Shown here piece by piece: positions 1 to 12,007 of a stretch of 64,000 bases of DNA. The notes under the pieces are model-generated. The model did not search any database, was not told the DNA's origin, and was given only the letters and a program-made list of their open reading frames with translations. Position 1 is the first letter of the stretch, and every line of letters begins with the position of its first letter. The position numbers and the translations under genes were made by a program. The stretch is from contig CAJINV010000005.1 in NCBI GenBank assembly GCA_905178155.1, forward strand, positions 3,469,902 through 3,533,901, given 5' to 3'. This DNA comes from Amoebophrya sp. A120 (taxonomy: Eukaryota; Protista; Dinoflagellata).

Positions 1-73
1 CTTTCTCGGCCTTTCGGCTCTTTCTCGGCCTTTCGGCTCTTTCTCGGCTTTCTCGGCCTTTCGGCTTTCTCGG
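1..73. repeat. Short tandem repeat, 19-bp unit CTTTCTCGGCCTTTCGGCT (about 4 imperfect copies, truncated by the window edge)
   Basis: Read directly. Probably intronic, downstream of the CAG|GTTATG donor at 130 on the minus strand. Confidence 0.85.
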
Positions 74-130
74 TTTCGCGGGCCCTCGCTTTCCTGATTC
101 TCGTTGATCGACACACTGTGGCGACATAAC

Positions 131-815
131 CTGCCGACTTGTAATTACATTGTGTATCCGCCACTAGTCTGGGCAACAGCGCGGTCTGCACACTGCTTAA
201 CGCTGCTGTGCTCGCTTTCAACACTTCTGCATCTTCCTTCTCCCGGTCCGTCAAATTTTTTTCCAAGCTTCGGATAACTTCCTGCATTTTGACAAACTGC
301 TTTTTGTATTTCCGTTTTCTTTTGTTTTCCTCCTTTTCCAAAACTCTTCTCTCCGCCTGGATCCGACGCTCGAAAAGTCTCTTCAAGTCCGTGTCTGCCG
401 TGAGCGGATCTTCATGGTGGTAAAAAGCGGGAGGTTCTTGTTGAGAGCGATGAGACACGTCTTGCTGTGGCGAGCCTCGGATATTTGAAGCTGTTTTACT
501 GTTACTGCTTGTCGGCTGCGGTCCCGCTCCGGTAGCATCATCGTTTTCCTCTTTGTTCATCTTCCCTCCTGCTCGCAGCTCTTCTAGCAGCGCGTTCAAA
601 TCCGCTCGGAGTTCGGCGTTTTCGCGCTGCAGTTCCTCCATGTCATTTGTGACACCGGGCGCGGAGATCGAATCGACGTCGTCGGCAAGCACGGGGAGCT
701 TGCCGATTGTGTTTGCCTGTTGAGACGATGATTCAGTCTGCCCAGTCGCTGCGGCTGCACTACCGGGTGGCGGCCGGCTCCGGCCACGACGAATACGCTC
801 AGCGAATTGCTTCAT
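131..815 (-). CDS. 5' part of a hypothetical coiled-coil protein; the gene continues off the window start
   Basis: Stop-free frame from ATG 815 (MKQFAERIRRG...MEELQRENAELRADLNALLEEL...RRVLEKEENKRKRKYKKQF). It is missing from the ORF track because there is no stop inside the window. Probable donor at 130. Confidence 0.7.
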
Positions 816-1379
816 TATATTTTTGGAGCTCTTGTGCAGCTAGCTTCTACACATTTATTCCGACGTAATAAGATTGCCATTTGAGCTGCAAGAACTGCTC
901 ACAATGATCTACACAAGATGAACCAGCATGGCGGATCTTCTCACTGAAATTCAACTCCTCAAGAACGACAGTCGCTAAAATCTCTTCTACAAGTAAAATA
1001 TTGTCCACAGACGTGCTCCCGGAAAAATTTTGCACGACTTGCATTTTGTTGCACGGAAGACCTGTACTATTGTTCTTGCCTCTACTCTCGGTATCGAACG
1101 ACGGTGACGGAAGAGACAGAAGTAGATGAGGAGACACGACAAAATGATGTGCGGCGGATAGCAGGCACACAATTCCTCGCCCATTAGCTTGAAACTGCAG
1201 TGCAGCCAGTGGCCAAAAGACTGCATCTGTTGCAGCTGCGCAGAAGTACTACAACTGCCATATTTACATGTTGTGTCGCTGTGTCGTGATATTATGCTTT
1301 TTTGCTTCGCGTCTCTTGCGGCGTCAATGTAGTTTATCACATGAATCACAGAGAGTACTACGTGAAGCTGCCTCGCGCA

Positions 1380-4300
1380 TCATTTCAAAACAACCGCCAA
1401 CCTTCCGGGAGCGGCCATTTCCAAGGCGGTCGGCCGTGTATTCGGCATGACCTCCGCCACGCCGTGAAACAAATCCCTACACTTATTGCCGAACACCAGA
1501 GCATCGCCGGACTTAACCGTGACCAGCAACTGCCGGCCTGAAGGGCCGCCCGCTCCAATTGCTCCGCCCGCTTTGCTCGCCGCTAGTTTCGACGAGGACG
1601 TCGGCGTATTTGTTCCCTGCTGGTCTAGCGACTGGGTTAATGTGTAGGAGATCTTCACCGAGTCGCCGATGTTGATGAGCACAACGGGCACGTCCGCCGT
1701 GTCCACGATTTCCTCCTGCCGTACATCCACCGTCGCTTCGGCACCGTGGAATTCCGCCCAACAAACGTCGGGGGAGAAGTTCGGAAGTTGCTCTGTAGTA
1801 GTTGTTATGCATTGCAAAAGCACCCCACTGCACTAGTATAGATTGCATCACAAATTTTGGCAAGAGGGGAAGTGGAATTTGTAATGCTGCTTTCCCTATA
1901 GGAAAAACATTTGCCACGCACGACATTTGCAATTAGTACGAGTGCGATACTTTTGCACAGGATAGTTGTCTTGCTGATGCTTTTGGTCGTACTCACAGCA
2001 GACGTACTCGTGTCTTTCTTTCCCGGAGTAGTGGACGAGGCTGCTGCCAGTAGAGCCGCGGTATTTTTCTGCTTTTTTTTGCTATTTTTCTCGGCGTTTT
2101 TTGGCGAAGGTGCTACAGGGTCTTTCTGTTTGAGCAGCACAAGATCGTCCACCCGCTCTTCTTCTGACCCACTTAGAGTTTCTGCGTAGGGGACGAACCG
2201 GTCGACGATTTTGGGGATCGCGTTATTCGCCTCCTTGACCGCGTGCTTAAACCACTTTTCCAACAACCCCTTCGAAATGTCCCGAATTTCGTCCCCCGCT
2301 TCCCACCGGTTGAGCCGGAAATTGAAGACGAAGCTACCGTATGAAATGTAAAAGTGTCTGGGTCCTCTGGAAGAATGCAACTTGTCATGCTAAATCTGAA
2401 GCATGCAAAAATTTGTGTTGCATGATTACCAAAAGGTGTCCAGTTTTGACCAAGTCGGGAGGGAGTTTCTCATGCAGGATAGGCATGAGAGAGATCGCGC
2501 AGAATCTGTCATGCTAGGTCCTGCATTCCGGACCTCATGGGTCATGGAAAAGCTGCATGACAAATCGCGCATTTTTCCAGACCCAGACATTTTTGCATTT
2601 GATATACCGAGACTCATGCGACAAACCTTCGCGGTCTTGGTCTTCAGGAACTTCTTGTTAATATCGCTCGTTGTTGTATCAGCTTGATGTTGTTGTGCTT
2701 GTTTGTCAGTTGATGTTGTCGTGGTGGTCTTTGAAGAAGAACTACAGGCTGTCGTACTGACGTTGCTGACCTGTTCCACGAAAAACCCGCCGTTGTTTCG
2801 TTGTGCGTTGCAAGCATCGGACTTCGCAGCTAAATAGTCGATTATCTGCTGTTGCTCGTTGATCGGAATCAAGTCGTGCAAATGGATAAAACTCTCCGCC
2901 AATCTGGCCGACGCCGTGAAGTTCGCCTTAAAAATTTTGTTGTTATTACGCTCGAGTTTTGATGCTGTTGACTCGGAGTGGTGGTCCAGCAGGTTTTGGT
3001 ACAGCTTTTGGTCCGATTTATTTTCTGCACTCGTGGTGGTCGCAGCTGCTTTGCTGGCGCTGTTATTTTCCGCTTTTGTCACAGCGTGGTCTGCACCACT
3101 CGAGGCCGGTCGCTCCTCTCGGTAAATGCCGCCGGTTTTTAGGTCAAATCGCAGATCATGTCTGGCTTCGAACTGCTGCGGCAGGCCCTGCGCCGGCCAC
3201 TTCACCGGGAGCAACGCTTTTTGCAGCGTTTTCAGAGTGTCTCGCGGTATGTCCCAGAACTTGTGGTCGCCAGACATTTTGCAGGGGACCGCGAGCTTCC
3301 GCGGGGTTTCCAGCCAGAAGATGTAGTCGGAGCTGTTTTCTTCCAAGTGAATGTCCTCTGCATCGTCTAAATTGTCTTCCGCCGTTCCTGCGCTGCCTGG
3401 CTCCTGCTCACCTCCATCTGCATAATTCGCCCCGCTACTACTTTGGTCGTTCATCTTCACTTTCCGTATCCCAAGCAGTTCCTGCTTTCTCCTCACCTTG
3501 TAGCTTTCGTTATCCTCAATGGACACTAGATCGACGCAACCGAGGATGCACCCGCTCGGGTAGCCGAGGCCGGATTCTGAAGGAAAAAGTGGGAGTTTCG
3601 GGTAGTTTCCGTACAAATTTTTGTAGTAGTCCTCCATTTGCGACACCGTTTCGTCCTCCACGTCCTTCATCGCGGCGTGAATCCACAATCTCCCGCGGTT
3701 GAAATGCTTATTTTTCCCGTCACTGTTCCACCCCCGCCCTTCCGCGCGCTTGAACCCGGCGACAATCAGCGACGCCCAGGGTTGGTGCAGCGAGAGACAC
3801 TTCCCTTCGTCCAGCGCGTCCGGAAAGAGCGGCTTGGGGGCCGGGAAGTCCTGCTGTGCTTTCGTACCATTTCTACTACCTGGGTTGTCCTGTTGATCGA
3901 CGTCTTCCTCTCTACTGCCGGCAGGATTGTCGTTTCTATCTTGGTGGTTGCTGTTTTTATCTCCAAACAGCGCCGCCTGATTCAGCGCGTCGTCGAATTC
4001 TCTGTCCTCATATCTTGGTCGATAAGCTGCGGTAGAGGAACTGGAGCCGCCTTGCTGCTCTTGCCCTCTACTTTTACTGCCTGTTGCAGCGGGCCCGCCT
4101 GGAGAAGACGACTTGACAACAATATCCTTCAACTCATCCGAGTACTGTGGCCCCCCGGCAGACGAAGAAGTGGATGGGTTTTTATTATTGTTCCGCGCGT
4201 TATCGCGCAAACTTTTCTGCAACGATTCGTACAGGTCCTTTGCGGGACCGACCAAAGCGGGCACGGAGGCCCCGTGCACCTTCTCGTAGTCGATTTGCTT

Positions 4301-6569
4301 GTTGTTTCGGCCCAGCAAATCCGTGCTGTCGAGAAGCAATTTCGAGTCCACGTCGATAAACTGCTCCAATTTACTCGCGTTGTCGGATTCCAACTGCTTC
4401 CCATCCGACGACTCCACGATCGTCCGGCCAAAGAAATCAACCGTGAGGTGGATTTTCCGCTTTTCCAGCTCCCTCTGCTTCCGGAAAATTTTCTCTTGCT
4501 TCTTCGCCTGCTCACGTGCGGACTGGGACAGCCAGGGGTTCTGCGCTTCCAAATACCAATCAGTAGACTCGTCGAACACTTTGGTTCTCTTCTGCGATTC
4601 TCTATCGAACTGCACCAATTTCTTCGCTTTTTCCACGGCTTTCTGCAGGGAAGCGATCTCCTCATCCGTTTTGTCAAATGCGATTTTGTCCAGATCGTCG
4701 AAGATCAGCTCGTTGCCGCAAAAAAGGCAGGGTCCGTAGCCCTCCTCTTTGCAGTTAATCTTCCCGCAGTGCAGACAGTTGGACAAAACGCCGTGCTTCA
4801 TGCCCTGGCAAAGACAAATGCGCCGGTTCTCTTGCTGCTTCTTTGAAGCTTTGGTGTGGGAGCCGGAGGTAGAAGAACTAGTACCGGTGGCGGGGGCGCC
4901 TGTGAAGGAGGTGGTGAGGGAATGTTTGTAATACTGCTTGAGCTAGGTCTGGAACTAGATCTAGAAGTATGAGGGAACTGGAGCAGCGTACATTCATCGT
5001 GTTTATTGCTTAGCCAATTTAAAGAGCCTGCGAATCTTTGATGTTTCTTTATGTTTTATCCCGTATCAGACTGAAAACTACTCGAGAGCGGGACTGAGAT
5101 CCTAGGTCATCGTCTCCACGCAAAGTTTGTCTTGCAGAAACTGCAAGACAACTTAATACCCGGAAAGACGTACCAGAGACGGCCTCTCTTTCACAGTGTC
5201 TGTTGTAACTTTGTGTTGCAGACGATGCAAGACACTTACAACGGGCATGCTGGATATGCGTCAGAGGCTCCTTTCGTACGTGTTTTCAGCTCCTAGCTAC
5301 GCATCACAGGTTTTCTCCGTCATGCAGAGCAAACCTGTGATGCTGTTCCTCCAAGAAAGTTACACTTACACAGTTTTTTCCTTGCATAGCACATTCATCG
5401 TGTTTATTCTTGCGTAGCCAATTTAAAGAGCCTGCGGATCTTTGATGTTTATGTTTTATCCCGTTTCAGACTGAAAACTACTCGAGAGCGGGACTGAGAT
5501 CCTAGGTCATCGTCCCCAAGCAAAGTTTGTCCTGCAGAAACTGCAAGACAACTTAATACCCGGAAAGACGTACCAGAGACGGCCTCTCTTTCACAGTGTC
5601 TGTTGTCATCATGCGGGAAATTATTATTATAAACAAGCGTAATACTACAACTAGTGGGTGCTTACTACGTACAATTCTACATCAGCACTCTAGACCGCAA
5701 AAGACGCACAGGGCATCTACTTTGTTAATATGCCCATGCAAAATACAAACCACCAAAATTATAGAAGTACCAGTCGCCAGCGCTGTAGCCTGCGAGCTGC
5801 AGAAGAAGTTCTGGCTCGCCCGCTCCTGCCGCAGTTTCTCCATTCTTTCCTTCTCCTGCTTCAAGGCAAATTCGTGTTTTTGCCGTGCCTATCCTGTGCA
5901 AAAGTATCGTACTCGTAGTAAACGCAGTTATGCATTACAAATCTAGTTGGTTAGGTAAATCCGCATTACACCTCTAATTTGTAATTATGCTGAGCCAATT
6001 TGTATTGCGATTTGTACTAGTACGATACTTTTGCAGTGCATAGTGCCGTCATTCCCTTTAATTTCGGGAAGTTCGCCTCCATCTCTTTTGTGTGCTGTTT
6101 CGCGGCGTGCTCCTGTAGAAGTTCAATAGGCGAGAAGAGTTTTTGTACCACTACCACGGAGCGTTTGAGTTTGTATTCTGATTCTGACTGTGTGATCATG
6201 ATTCTCATCATGCAGCCATCACAGGCCGTCGAGCGAGGTTTCAATTTACTCCTGGATGTCATGAAGGTCGTCATCTGTGTAGTGTTGTAGATTGTAAACA
6301 CAGAGTGACTACGACGACGAGCGCGAAAATTCATTTCTTACCTGGATCACTTGCGCCTCGAATTTTTTGTGCACCAGATTTTGACAGAAGGTGTAAGCCT
6401 CTCGGTCTTCGACACCAAAACTGACCAAAAACTGCTGCAGGTCGTTGTTCTCCTTTTCCAGCACCATCGTGACCACCTCGTCGCCACAATCTCCCACCAT
6501 ACGCATCAGCTCCTCTTTCGCCCATTTCAAGACGGGAGGTGGCAGGGGCTGTTTGCTCGGGTCGGTCAT
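1380..6569 (-). CDS. TRIP4: TRIP4/ASC-1 homologue (PWI-like N-terminus, zf-C2HC5, ASCH) fused to a C-terminal AlkB-like 2OG-Fe(II) dioxygenase fold, ~1165 aa, 6 exons
   Basis: Exons 6569-6342, 6112-6043, 5884-5771, 4899-2605, 2334-1965, 1800-1380 join in frame (3498 nt). Zinc finger CLCQGMKHGVLSNCLHCGKINCKEEGYGPCLFCG; ASCH CLSLHQPWASLIVAGFKRAEGRGW...RGRLWIHAA...YPSGCILGCVDL; AlkB-like PDVCWAEF...PVVLINIGDS...SGDALVFG...LFHGV...PGRLAVVLK. GT-AG introns at 6113-6341 and 4900-5770, plus three introners. Confidence 0.88.
1806..1964. mobile_element. Introner E1 (TIR family A, TATNNNNTGCAAAAG), 159 bp
   Basis: TAT...ATA ends, direct repeat GTTGT at 1801-1805 and 1965-1969. Removal gives ...SISKTTTTEQLPNF in frame. 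Confidence 0.88.
2340..2604. mobile_element. Introner E2 (TIR family B, TATCAAATGYAAAARTGTCTGGGTCTGGAA), 265 bp
   Basis: Direct repeat TACCG at 2335-2339 and 2605-2609. Removal gives RMSLGSFVFNF. Near-identical to E4 in the reverse orientation. Confidence 0.93.
4988..5606. repeat. Intronic direct duplication (~218 bp; 4988-5206 and 5389-5606) flanking a half introner (5204-5388)
   Basis: Two near-identical copies of ACATTCATCGTGTTTATT...CACAGTGTCTGTTGT. The spacer ends in TACACTTACACAGTTTTTTCCTTGCATA, matching the right TIR of E5. Confidence 0.9.
5890..6042. mobile_element. Introner E3 (TIR family A), 153 bp
   Basis: TIR TGCAAAAGTATCGTACT, direct repeat GTGCC at 5885-5889 and 6043-6047. Removal gives KGMTARQKHEF; can be read as a GC-AG intron. 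Confidence 0.92.
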
Positions 6570-8143
6570 TTTTTTCGTGGTTTGTAAACGTCTCCGGTTG
6601 ATGTTGTTCTGATTGTTTTATCTGGCTGGAAAGGAAATGACAGAAGCCCGAGGACAAAAATTAGCGAGGAAAATATTCAACGAGAGGAGCAATTCGGTAA
6701 GTCGTAAGTGGCTAATTGTGAACAAAATCAAAGGAGCAATTCTTTCATAGCAACCAATGGTAATTGAAATTGTGAGCAGAGCGACGAATATCTTCCTAAA
6801 ATGCTATAATAGAAATGAAGAAAGATACACACCAAAAACGAAACTTTTACTTCCTACTTGAGCACTATGTATGTAAAAACTTCACAAATTTCAGAAGAAA
6901 CGATTGCGCCATGAACGAAGGGACTGAGATGAAATTGGATCGAAAAAATCATTGAGCTCGGATGCTGTCTTGAATTCTTCAGAACTTTGTCTTTGAGTGA
7001 GGCGACCCGGCACACTACATCTTCCTTGCAGAAGTTCCTGAGATCTTCACACTTGGAGCATAAGCAATTCATCTTGCTTGTTTCTTGGCCGTGCATTGTG
7101 GGATGCGGAACATGCTACATTCCCTATGAGAAGTACTCACGGCTGCGCTGCTAGGAGCGCATCAAATATCCACTTCTGCCTTCGCGGAAGCGTCAATCCT
7201 AGGCTAGAAGCACAAGAAAGTGGTGAAAAGAAATCAAATTATTCGCGGAAACGGAAACTGTTGTCCTGCTTATTTTCATTCTACATGGGCATCTTGTTGC
7301 ATGACTTTGTTGCCGTGTCGAAGTAGAGTCCTCTCATTGGGGAAGTGATGTGTTCGCGAAGATAGATTAGTACTGTTTACGTAAGTGGAGAACTGAAACG
7401 ACCGGAAATTGCGAAACGTTGTTAACAGCAGGAGCGTGGTTGTAATGGTATTTTCGAACATACGAAGAATTGGACTTCACTGTAATTAAAAAAAGGCACT
7501 CGGGTGAAAAACAGGTTAGCTTGGAGGTTTGGTGAACAATTTTGTGGAAGTTCCAAAAGCGGTAATAAGGGGTATCAGTAACAGGGTACGCAGCTTGAGT
7601 TTTCCTAGCTGATTTGTCAGCGGGCAGGGTCGGTCTGGAAGAACTAGATTAGTTCGTGTTGAAGAAGCAAGCAGGGTGGATAAAAAGTTGGTTAAAAAAA
7701 GGTAAAAAGGATTCTTCATCTCGCTTTCGTGTCGGAGGTGCGTGTCGGTGGAAAAATGATACGTATACACAGTTGCTGTAAAGAGGTTAAAAACGTAAAA
7801 ATCAGGGCGAAATAAACGAGGCTCGACGCCGACGCGGCCGTGATTGAAACGGCGAAAATAAATATGTGGCATTTGCAAAGCGCAGTTCAAACGCTGAAAC
7901 GTGTGAGATCTTTCCGAATCGTATTGTAAATAAATCTGTACGTTGAGTATGTTCGATACATTTAGGTGAGCAATAGCGAGGTAGTGAAACTGATAGAACC
8001 CCTAATTTTATTTCTTCATTTGATGCTCGAAGATCGAGACCGCGGTACATTGGTATGTAAAACTTCTTGCGCTTGACACCTCTACTATAAAGATCAAGCG
8101 TCTTGTTGGTCTTCCTCTTCAAAAGCAGCAGCAACGTGCTTTT

Positions 8144-11100
8144 TCATTTCGCCTGTTCTGTCGGAGAAGATTTGGTCGAGGTCACAGCCAAGCCGGCTTG
8201 CTGCAGTTTCTATCAAATGCAAAAATGTCTGGGTCTGGAAGAATGCGCGATTTGTCATGCAGCTTTTCCATGACCCATGAGGTCTGGAATGCAGGACCTA
8301 GCATGGCAGATTGTGCGCGATCTTTCTCATGCCTATCCTGCATGAGAAACTGCCTCCCGACTTGGTCAAAACTGGACGACTTGCTTTGGTAATCATGCAA
8401 CACAGATTTTTGAATGCTTCAGATTTAGCACGACAAGTTGCATTCTTCCAGACCCAGACACTTTTACATTTGATAGTTTCCACTCCTGGTCCAAAGGTTT
8501 CTCTTGCAAGACGAGCTCGAACGGCCAGCTCACCCCGATCTCCACCATCTTTCCCCTCGACAGAGCGTATGCAAGAAAAAAACTGTGTAAGTGTAACTCT
8601 GTGATGCAGAACGGGCAAAAGAGTTACATCTGTCATGCGTCACAGCCATGAAGTCCTCTTTTCATGTGTGTTTTTCCTTATAAGCCGCACATGACAGGTT
8701 TTCTCTGTCATGTAGAGCAAATTTCTGATGCTGTCAGCCAAAGAAAGATACACTTACACAGTTTTTTTCTTGCATAGAGCGGACGACCCAACTAGTACAT
8801 CGGAGCTGTGGTGATCTCCGCTGTCAAAACCGCCAGGATCCCCCTTGTAATACACCAAGTGAATGGTTTTTCTGGTGGACCCGAGCGACAAGCCGCCGAC
8901 GGTGCTGGAGACAAAAATCTCGTCGCCGCCGTACCGAGCGTTCCTCTGCAGCTCCTTTATCACACAGAAAAAAGCAGGCAAGTCACATTTGTATATGCAA
9001 AAGCAAACTAACAGACTAATCTGTCATGGGCGACCCCACAGCATGCATGGCGCTTAGGACATGCAAGGCAATTTTTTGTTTTTTTGTCTGTTTATTTTTG
9101 CATTACAAATATGACCTGCCTGCTTTTTTCTCTGGGTATCCTTCTCAAATTCCATACAGTCGTCGAAATCCCACAAGTTGTTCACGATAAACTCAATTTC
9201 GCTGTCCTGCACGTAGGGGTGGCGCCCGCGGATGGAAATCTGTAGTTCCCAAGATTTTGTTGTGATGCATGTATGACAACGGCGCATATGTGTGACGCAC
9301 ACGATGTGTTGACCTCATAGAAAATGCAAGAGACAGTGCGTAGAAATTCATACTCACACGGTGCTGGTCCTTGTGCTGCGTGAACAAACTGCAAATGCAA
9401 TACCTGTAACGGATCGTATTCGATTTCTTCATCCTGTACGTCTGACAAGTCGACAAAACCGCTGCTGTTCTTGTGGTCTGTGCAGTTGTTTACAAAATTC
9501 GCCTCATTCTGTTCGCCTTTCTCCTCTTCCGCTGCGACAAAAATGGCGTCAGCTTTGCTGTCTTCGTTTTGCGCCGTCTTGGTTCTGCTTACCTGCAAGA
9601 TGTTCCTTTCAAGATTGTTACAATCGTGCTTGTCGTCGTAGTCGTTTTCGTTAACCCAAAAGGTATAATCAAAATGAGCGGTTTCATTTTGCGTGCGTTT
9701 GCCAAACAACTGGAAAAAACACCACCAGCAAATCGATAATGGTCTACTTGCAATTATATTGTAATTCCACAAGAACACGCATGAAGAATCAAAGTAAGAG
9801 CACGAGTACGTTCTCCGCACGGCTCGTCGGTGAGATCACGTCATCACCCTCGGCGTGGTTCGCTTCTGGCGTCTCTCCCTCTAGTCCCGCAGCAAGAACT
9901 ACATCCTCCTCGCAAAGATTGTCGCCGCCTTCCACAGACTCCGGCTTGGGGGTTGGAAATTCGTCCTCCTGCTCCTCTTCCTCATCCTCCACGACTACAG
10001 GCTCATCTTGAGCCTCAGCATCCGCAGGTGGATCATCTTGTTCGACGTCCTCACTTGCTGCTGCACGAGCAAGCTCTTCTTCTCCCTCTTCCGCAGCAGC
10101 CGAGGCAGTCGCTTCTTTCACTGGATCCCACGGCAACGGTTTTAGCAATCGCTTCATTCCCGGGAAATACGCATAACCGGACTTCAATTGCGGGAAATTC
10201 GTTGAAGGAGTTGATGTCGACGTTGCTGCAATGGTCTTTGAACTACAAATGGAAGATACAGAAGGAGCTCCCAAGCGCGTTGATGTCGTGAAAGCTGTCG
10301 TCTGCGCCAGAGGGACAACATGCGATGCTGTAGATGGTGAAGACTTTTTGACACCTGTCAACGCAATCACTTCAAGCGGACTTTTCAACGACACACCATC
10401 CGCGACGTCTACTGGAGATTTCGAAGCAGTCACTGCGTCGCGAGCCGTGGTCCGGAGCTGGATATTTTATTGAAGTTATTTGACTTTCTTTGTTACACGC
10501 AGCTCCACCTACACGAGAGTCTCTAAGTCGCTGCATCACAATCAAAATTGTTGCCTTTTCATCCTCCAATCGGAACAATTATCTTCAATCAACAGATTCA
10601 TGAGTACCTTTTCCAAAAAGTTTGTCTGCAGCAACTCCGACGACCTAGCTGATGAGGTATTTTTCGAGGCGGCCGCGCCGGCGCTTGTACAACTGGAACT
10701 GGTGCCCGCTGTCACGACTACGCTACTAGACAAACTACCCATGGGCGCCGCCCAGGGCAACGCGCTCCGGAGTTTTTGCGCTGGATTCGCCTTCGTGCTC
10801 TCAAACACGTAGTTGTGTAAATTCTGGTGCAGCAACACCTTTGCCTGTTTAGTCGAACTCCTACTGCACTCGGCGGTAGTGGGGAGGTCGGGGGTTGAAA
10901 ATGGTGCGAGAACTTGTTCCGCAGCTTTGTCCTCACCGTCTCCATTCACAGAAGATTCCGGCGGAGCAACAGCATCAAGATGTTTCGACGCAGTAGAAGA
11001 AGAGTCCCCCACTTCAACAGGAAGAGCGACATCCTCTGTCTTTACCTGTGTGGAAGATGTTGTTCCTGGAGAAAAATGCAGCGACGACCTTACTGGCTGT

Positions 11101-11258
11101 GCGGTCGCTATGTAGATGGAATTCCACGGGTTGTTTTTTGCTCCGGGCGGCGGCAAGAGGAGCTCTCGTGGCAAAACCCGGCCGGACAGGAGTGGCGACG
11201 GCTGCACCTGGATCCGCGTCGGGGAGACCGCGATCGGAGTTGTGACACCGGAAAACAT
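8144..11258 (-). CDS. Hypothetical protein, ~612 aa, about 8 exons, low-complexity N-terminal half and globular-looking C-terminus
   Basis: Exons 11258-10608, 10457-9810, 9709-9593, 9433-9404, 9206-9139, 8952-8777, 8562-8476, 8205-8144 join in frame (1839 nt) using four GT-AG introns and three introners. The start codon and the 9434-9592 intron are uncertain. Confidence 0.7.
8211..8475. mobile_element. Introner E4 (TIR family B), 265 bp
   Basis: Direct repeat GTTTC at 8206-8210 and 8476-8480. Removal gives DQEWKLQQAG. Reverse-complement near-copy of E2. Confidence 0.93.
8568..8776. mobile_element. Introner E5 (28-bp TIR TATGCAAGAAAAAAACTGTGTAAGTGTA), 209 bp
   Basis: Direct repeat GAGCG at 8563-8567 and 8777-8781. 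Removal gives VGSSALSRGKM. Confidence 0.92.
8958..9138. mobile_element. Introner E5b (long imperfect TIR AGAAAAAAGCAGGCARGTCAYATTTGTA), 181 bp
   Basis: Direct repeat TCCTT at 8953-8957 and 9139-9143; right end is GTA rather than ATA. Removal gives MEFEKELQRN; readable as GA-AG. Confidence 0.87.
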
Positions 11259-12007
11259 GGCTTAATTTCTTCTTCGGACCACAACACGTTTTTATCCGAA
11301 CGCACCGACGGCCGGAGAGGCCACCACGCAATACAGATGACCGGTTGCGCGGTAGATCCGAGCAGTTGTCGGTTATACACCTTTTATCTTCGTGCGAACG
11401 TGCAGCACCGTGTGCTGAGTAAATGGGTGTTCGATGCAGACGCAGGGTCTTCACACTCACACTACCCAAGCAATCTCGATTGGGCAAATGCACAGCTAGT
11501 CCATCTCACAAGAATAACCACAGACTCGCTCAACGCTCAACGGATACACCAAATACATCGCTCCTTGCGTTTTTCCTTACAAATGGGATGCGGAAAGAAC
11601 GAGGAAGAATCTGAAGACCGAGTGAGAACAGGAAAGTGCTCATGGGCGAAAATACGCCTTTCCACATGACTGCGGGCTTTCATGTGGAACCAGCACTCCC
11701 GTTGCTACTAGTTCTTATTTTCAAAACTGTGTACAACCGCAAAACAACAAAAAGATCAGAATCACCTGGCTGTCGTGGTCGGCCGGCTGCATCTACTGCA
11801 ACTGAAGTAAGTTGATACACCATGATCATAACATATACTTAAGAACTTGCTTCATACTTTCTTCCACACACATATAACATTGCTTCGTGTTTTGTTCGGC
11901 TTGGGTACAAGTCATGTAGTATACTAATTTTCAAAATACTATACTGCTCTATGCAGCTCGCTTGCTAGAAGTTCAAGCTCTCCCCTCATTTGAGCGGCGG
12001 CGGGCCG

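Noticed and set aside
1-5606. CRISPR-like array from the 19-bp repeat or the 218-bp duplication
   Set aside because: No unique spacers, no cas genes, eukaryotic context.
2403-8403. Near-identical small ORFs (2403-2687, 8182-8403) as a peptide family or transposase
   Set aside because: They are chance translations of introner copies E2 and E4, with no DDE motifs. No autonomous transposase was found in the window.
8800-8950. AlkB-like similarity (GGLSLGSTRK) in the 8144-11258 gene
   Set aside because: A single short motif, with no HxD, distal His or terminal Arg pair.
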